A DNA stretch of 64,000 nucleotides from an uncultured archaeon (GTDB taxonomy: Archaea > Asgardarchaeota > Thorarchaeia > Thorarchaeales > Thorarchaeaceae), in NCBI GenBank assembly GCA_964590575.1, contig CAZPWM010000002.1, positions 20,299-84,298 of the forward strand. Direction: 5' to 3'. Below are positions 59,995-64,000 of this stretch, one piece after another (the first letter of the stretch is position 1; the number at the start of each line of letters is the position of its first letter). Below the pieces are notes generated by a model. It ran no database searches, was not told the origin of the DNA, and saw nothing but the letters and a program-made list of their open reading frames with translations. The position numbers and the translations under genes were made by a program.

Positions 59995-60837
59995 ATGCGA
60001 TTTCCTAATAGTCGTGCCTATCACGTGATCTATGATGACTCGTTGATGGATGCAGTCAAGTATGCAGCTGAGAACAACTGGACAAGTATTGTTCCAGACA
60101 TCGGTGTTCCAGCCTTCTCACCCGAGAGAATACCTTCTGAAGAACGAACTCAATTGAGAGAGATGTCACGTGACCTTTCTATTGGCTGGGGATTTCATGC
60201 AGCTGGTGATAATGTCAGTCTGTTTTCGACTTACCCTCCAATAAGGGCTGGAATAATGCAGTATTTCAAACAAACTATTAATCTTGCTCGGGAAATCAGT
60301 ACAGGACCAACTAATGTCGTGATTCATGCAGGAGCACCTCCGCAGTTCAAGCAGGCACGAAACAAACCGGGGAATTTCAGCGCGATTTATCGTGACACAT
60401 ATGCTCAGACTTTGCGCGAGAATTTGACAGCACTAATAGAACATGCATTTCCTCATGTTAAGATAGTTCTCGAAAACACCGAATGGACTCCTTTAATCCG
60501 AGATGTGATTAGACAACTTCTCCCCGCAGGTCTGAAGATTTGTTTGGATATTCCTAAGCTCTATGGTCCAGGATTCAAAATCATTGAAGAGGACTGGAAT
60601 TTCATCCAAGAACACAAAGGAGCCATTGAGGTCGTTCATATTCATGATATAGACCCAACACTTGGCTCCCATCAAGTAGTTGGAGAGGGAATTATTGACT
60701 TCGAACGATATCTTCGTTTTCTGGGAGGTCTTTCAAACAAACCCCACTATGTCTTCGAAGTAAGACCTCGGGAAGCAGCCACCGAGAGCCTCAACAATAT
60801 TGGTCGACTTCTAGAGGTTCTCAAATTGGATCTCTAG
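59995..60837 (+). CDS. Sugar-phosphate isomerase/epimerase (AP endonuclease 2 TIM barrel)
   Basis: VVIHAG, VLEN, CLD, VHIHD..H..GEGIID, VFE. Confidence 0.85.
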   Translation: MRFPNSRAYHVIYDDSLMDAVKYAAENNWTSIVPDIGVPAFSPERIPSEERTQLREMSRDLSIGWGFHAAGDNVSLFSTYPPIRAGIMQYFKQTINLAREISTGPTNVVIHAGAPPQFKQARNKPGNFSAIYRDTYAQTLRENLTALIEHAFPHVKIVLENTEWTPLIRDVIRQLLPAGLKICLDIPKLYGPGFKIIEEDWNFIQEHKGAIEVVHIHDIDPTLGSHQVVGEGIIDFERYLRFLGGLSNKPHYVFEVRPREAATESLNNIGRLLEVLKLDL

Positions 60838-60851
60838 TTGCCACGTGAATG

Positions 60852-61592
60852 TTACCACAGTACACTGGTCTTAGACTTCTGATGAATTTCCCATTCATCC
60901 TTGACAAAAAGTAATCCTTCTAGAGAATTTTCATGCGAAAACTGTCCCAAACTATCAACAGAGTACCACGATAGTCTGTTATTACTCCATTCCTCATTTC
61001 CCAACACTCTTTCATTCATATCAATATCATCAACAACAGTTCCAACGATGATCATAGCTATGCCAACTGTTCCATGGAGTTGTGACAACATGGCTACTAA
61101 TTCTTTCTCAAGTCTCAATTTTACACTGACCTCTTCACTAATTTCTCTTAAGCATGCATTTTCAAAATCAGCGTTTGTATCTCCTACCTCTAGTATACCC
61201 CCCGGCACAGCATGAAAGAGGGGACAGTACATCGATTCGGCAGAGCGCTCACCAACAAGGATATGCTGTTTGTCTGGAGAGAATATGATTGCTTGGACTC
61301 CAAGTGTTCCATATCCTTCTGGTCGTTGTTTAGCCTGATCTAGTGTCAGCACACGCAAGAACCGTATGAATCCTAAATCCATGGAAATTGAATCTTCAGT
61401 AGCACGAAAATCATCAAGAGTGAGAACCTTCCCGTCATAGGTCTCTGGATGTGATTCAATCGTCTTCTTCCAAATCTCATCTCGCTTCTTCTCAAGAGAG
61501 TCTGAGAGGAATTGTTCTCTTTCATGTGAGAATTGCCAGCTCACATTTCCCACTGGAATTCGACCCCTCCAGTAAATCTGATATCTAGTCAT
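60852..61592 (-). CDS. NUDIX hydrolase (NUDT22-like)
   Basis: PGG..E...ACLREISEEV Nudix box. Confidence 0.85.
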   Translation of the reverse strand: MTRYQIYWRGRIPVGNVSWQFSHEREQFLSDSLEKKRDEIWKKTIESHPETYDGKVLTLDDFRATEDSISMDLGFIRFLRVLTLDQAKQRPEGYGTLGVQAIIFSPDKQHILVGERSAESMYCPLFHAVPGGILEVGDTNADFENACLREISEEVSVKLRLEKELVAMLSQLHGTVGIAMIIVGTVVDDIDMNERVLGNEEWSNNRLSWYSVDSLGQFSHENSLEGLLFVKDEWEIHQKSKTSVLW

Positions 61593-61718
61593 CCTCTAAC
61601 ACCTAGAGTTCAAGGTAGTTCAGTCTACATCTGTGTTGAAAATATGATGTAGAAGACTAGGGCTGAAATGAATAGTATTATCCCGACGACGAATGCGATT
61701 ATACTTCTTAGTTCCAAG

Positions 61719-62492
61719 TCATTTTTTCTCCTGTTGTTGAATTAGAGCATCTCTGACCTCACGAAACGTTTCTAGCGTTTCACGATTGAATACTCTCTTC
61801 CTCTTTCTTGGTTTTCCTTTCCGTTCTATTTGAAATGGAATTCGACCAAATCCTCGAAGTTCACGTAGAATGAAGTCTCTGAGTTCCTCGTGGAACTTTA
61901 CACCCTCAATATTCTCAGCTCCTGCCCCTCCTCTCATGAGCCTCTCAAGTATTAGCGCGATCACTCCACCTCCACCATGTGCAGTCGAAGACTTAGCTGC
62001 AGTCTCAATCTGAATTGTCCCTATTCCAAAGAGTCTGTCGAAGACTCCCCTTCGTGTCTTCACATAAGTAATTGTGCGAAAGGGAACATGTCTCTGGGTG
62101 ATTTGGATGATCCCTTTTCTCACGTAAATCTCAGGGCTAACATCCCCCTCCCAGCTGGCCAATGAGTAATCGATACGCTTGACGTAGATGTATGTGTAAA
62201 TCATCCAAATTGCAAAGACGCTAATTGATATAGTCCAATAGAAGAGGTTGAACGTTTCCCATCCAAGTATGTAGAAGACCTCAGTCCATTTGGCTAGTTC
62301 TAATATATCTGCCACAAACACCGGATCGTTCGAGAGTGCATAGAAAACGAAGAAACCTGTCCAGATTAGAACTATGATGATAAACACCCTCAGCCACTTC
62401 TTATAGAGAAAGGCGTTATGCGGATGAAACACTCTCCCGCTGACCACTTGTTCAATAGGCGGTTTTATGACTCGCCCTTCTCCTTGAGTCAT
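61719..62492 (-). CDS. bPH_2 (YdbS-like) membrane protein, paralog 1
   Basis: 2 TM plus IYVRKGII..HVPFRTIT..FDRLFGIGTIQIETA. Confidence 0.85.
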   Translation of the reverse strand: MTQGEGRVIKPPIEQVVSGRVFHPHNAFLYKKWLRVFIIIVLIWTGFFVFYALSNDPVFVADILELAKWTEVFYILGWETFNLFYWTISISVFAIWMIYTYIYVKRIDYSLASWEGDVSPEIYVRKGIIQITQRHVPFRTITYVKTRRGVFDRLFGIGTIQIETAAKSSTAHGGGGVIALILERLMRGGAGAENIEGVKFHEELRDFILRELRGFGRIPFQIERKGKPRKRKRVFNRETLETFREVRDALIQQQEKK

Positions 62493-62504
62493 CTGGTGAG
62501 TCCC

Positions 62505-63218
62505 TCACTTTCTGTCTTTCTTCAATAAGTCACGAATCTCTCGTAGAACTAGGAGGATTTCATCCTCCAGATTATCCTCCACTCTCAGTACTTGTTCCTC
62601 TTCGGGGTGTACAACTTCAGTGCCTGTCACATAGGGATCTTTGAACTTGCGGAGTTCCATGAGGATGAAGTCTCGCAACTCCTCGTAGAAGGTCAAACCC
62701 TCTAGTTTCTCCTCAGATGACTGAAAGGAACTTCCAGACCCGCCTGCAGTTTCAACCTCGATTGAGCCAATTCCAAACAACCGATCGAAGGGTCCTGCCA
62801 CGCTTTGTATATTCGTTATAGTTCTGAATGGAACGTGTTTCCTTGTTATGTTGATGAGTCCCTTTTTCACATAGATCTCTGGCATTGTTTCGCCGGATTT
62901 ACCGACTACCGAATATTCGAATGATCTGATATAGATGGGGTATACAATCAGGTAGGGTATCAAAACAATGAGTGCGATGACCCAATACCAGAAGTTAAGG
63001 GGGAACCATATGACTGCTAAATATCCTGAGGGTCCACTAACTAGTTCCACTAGCCAGAATACGAGAAACATTGAACAGATTACAATCAACCACAACATGA
63101 TGGCACTGAAGATACCCAGAAACCAGTTCTTGTTTCGGAAGTACTTTGATGGCTTGAAGACCTTCCCTCTGGCAATCTCTTCCATTGGGGGTTTGATCAC
63201 TTTGCCTCTACCTGACAT
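62505..63218 (-). CDS. bPH_2 (YdbS-like) membrane protein, paralog 2
   Basis: IYVKKGLI..HVPFRTITNI..GPFDRLFGIGSIEVETAG. Confidence 0.85.
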   Translation of the reverse strand: MSGRGKVIKPPMEEIARGKVFKPSKYFRNKNWFLGIFSAIMLWLIVICSMFLVFWLVELVSGPSGYLAVIWFPLNFWYWVIALIVLIPYLIVYPIYIRSFEYSVVGKSGETMPEIYVKKGLINITRKHVPFRTITNIQSVAGPFDRLFGIGSIEVETAGGSGSSFQSSEEKLEGLTFYEELRDFILMELRKFKDPYVTGTEVVHPEEEQVLRVEDNLEDEILLVLREIRDLLKKDRK

Positions 63219-63225
63219 GTCTATT

Positions 63226-63987
63226 TCATTTCTCCTTCTCGAATTTTTTGTTAATCTTTTCTAACACATTCCTAATCTCACGAAGCGTTATGAGTATCTC
63301 GTCGTCGAAACTATCACTCATTCTCGGGACCTTTTCATCAACGGGATGAGTCACTTCAGTGCCAACAACATATGGGTCTCTGAAGCGACGTAGCTCATGA
63401 AGTACGAAATCACGAACCTCCTCATAGAAAGTTATACCTTCGATTTTTTCTTCAGGACTCCGACCTGCCTGAGCACCCCCTGAAAATCCTGCTGTCTGAA
63501 TCTCAACAGTGCCTACTCCAAATAACCGGTCTATTGGACCAGCTCTGGAAGAGATGTTCGTAATAGTACGGAAAGGCACGTGTTTCTTTGTAACATTGAC
63601 GAGACCTTTCTTAACATAGATTTCTGGCATTGTAGCACCAGCTTTAGAGATAACACTATACTCAAAGCTTCGTATGTACAACGGAATAGCAACCAGTACT
63701 GGGAGGAACCAGAACACTGACGACACTACATACCAGAAGTTGACAGCAGGTAACCAGTCATAGAAGATGACCCAGAAAATTGGGACCCAGTCACTAGCTG
63801 TGTCTGATGCTCCAATCCAGGACCCAAGTACAAGAATACCTATTGCACAAAGCCAGAAGAACAACCAGACAATTACTGCTCCAAACCACTCTTTGTAGTA
63901 GAACCTACGGTCTGGTTTAAACACACGACCCGCGGTCACATCTTCCATTGGAGGCTTGATCACTACACCCCTACTGTCACTTTCCAC
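63226..63987 (-). CDS. bPH_2 (YdbS-like) membrane protein, paralog 3
   Basis: IYVKKGLV..HVPFRTITNI..GPIDRLFGVGTVEIQTAG. Confidence 0.85.
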   Translation of the reverse strand: MESDSRGVVIKPPMEDVTAGRVFKPDRRFYYKEWFGAVIVWLFFWLCAIGILVLGSWIGASDTASDWVPIFWVIFYDWLPAVNFWYVVSSVFWFLPVLVAIPLYIRSFEYSVISKAGATMPEIYVKKGLVNVTKKHVPFRTITNISSRAGPIDRLFGVGTVEIQTAGFSGGAQAGRSPEEKIEGITFYEEVRDFVLHELRRFRDPYVVGTEVTHPVDEKVPRMSDSFDDEILITLREIRNVLEKINKKFEKEK

Positions 63988-64000
63988 TTACATCATCTCC

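Noticed and set aside
61601-61615. Third ACCTAGAGTT(CAAGG) copy
   Set aside because: No flanking similarity to the 23S arm; it overlaps the AGGTG ribosome-binding site of the NUDIX gene and is probably coincidental

Overview
64-kb archaeal chromosomal segment, most consistent with an Asgard archaeon (Thorarchaeota-like). This is inferred from the archaeal 23S rRNA with an enlarged helix-98/ES39 region, GGR/AfpA/Mer-like genes, WD40 and Roadblock-like proteins, and several bacterial-type enzymes. Most of the window is housekeeping or metabolic: tsaA, tkt, SOR, serS, nth, two orphan N4C-type DNA methyltransferases, bacterial-type rph, a reductive pyrimidine-degradation cluster and three tandem bPH_2 membrane proteins. 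A stand-alone 23S rRNA gene (about 32560-35640; no 16S, 5S or tRNA beside it) is closed by a canonical bulge-helix-bulge (BHB) processing stem and followed by an accessory region of about 11 kb. Main finding: a 7,641-bp unit (38483-46123) bracketed by an exact 10-bp direct repeat (ACCTAGAGTT). It is almost completely filled by two divergent genes, a TnpB-family nuclease with the Fanzor-type rearranged RuvC site and a 1,879-aa protein with a PD-(D/E)xK nuclease and a degenerate P-loop-like region. No Y1, serine or DDE transposase is recognisable. Removing the unit rebuilds a second, BHB-compatible copy of the 23S 3' processing arm. The sequence flanking the tnpB 3' end (candidate guide) matches the real 23S BHB arm at 15/16 nt, which suggests an rDNA-targeting, RNA-guided mobile element. 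Other leads: a RuvC-less TnpB derivative, an unannotated 25-aa W-acidic micropeptide, and a small-peptide cluster facing tandem Lrp-like regulators. All calls come from manual motif reading; no database searches were run.
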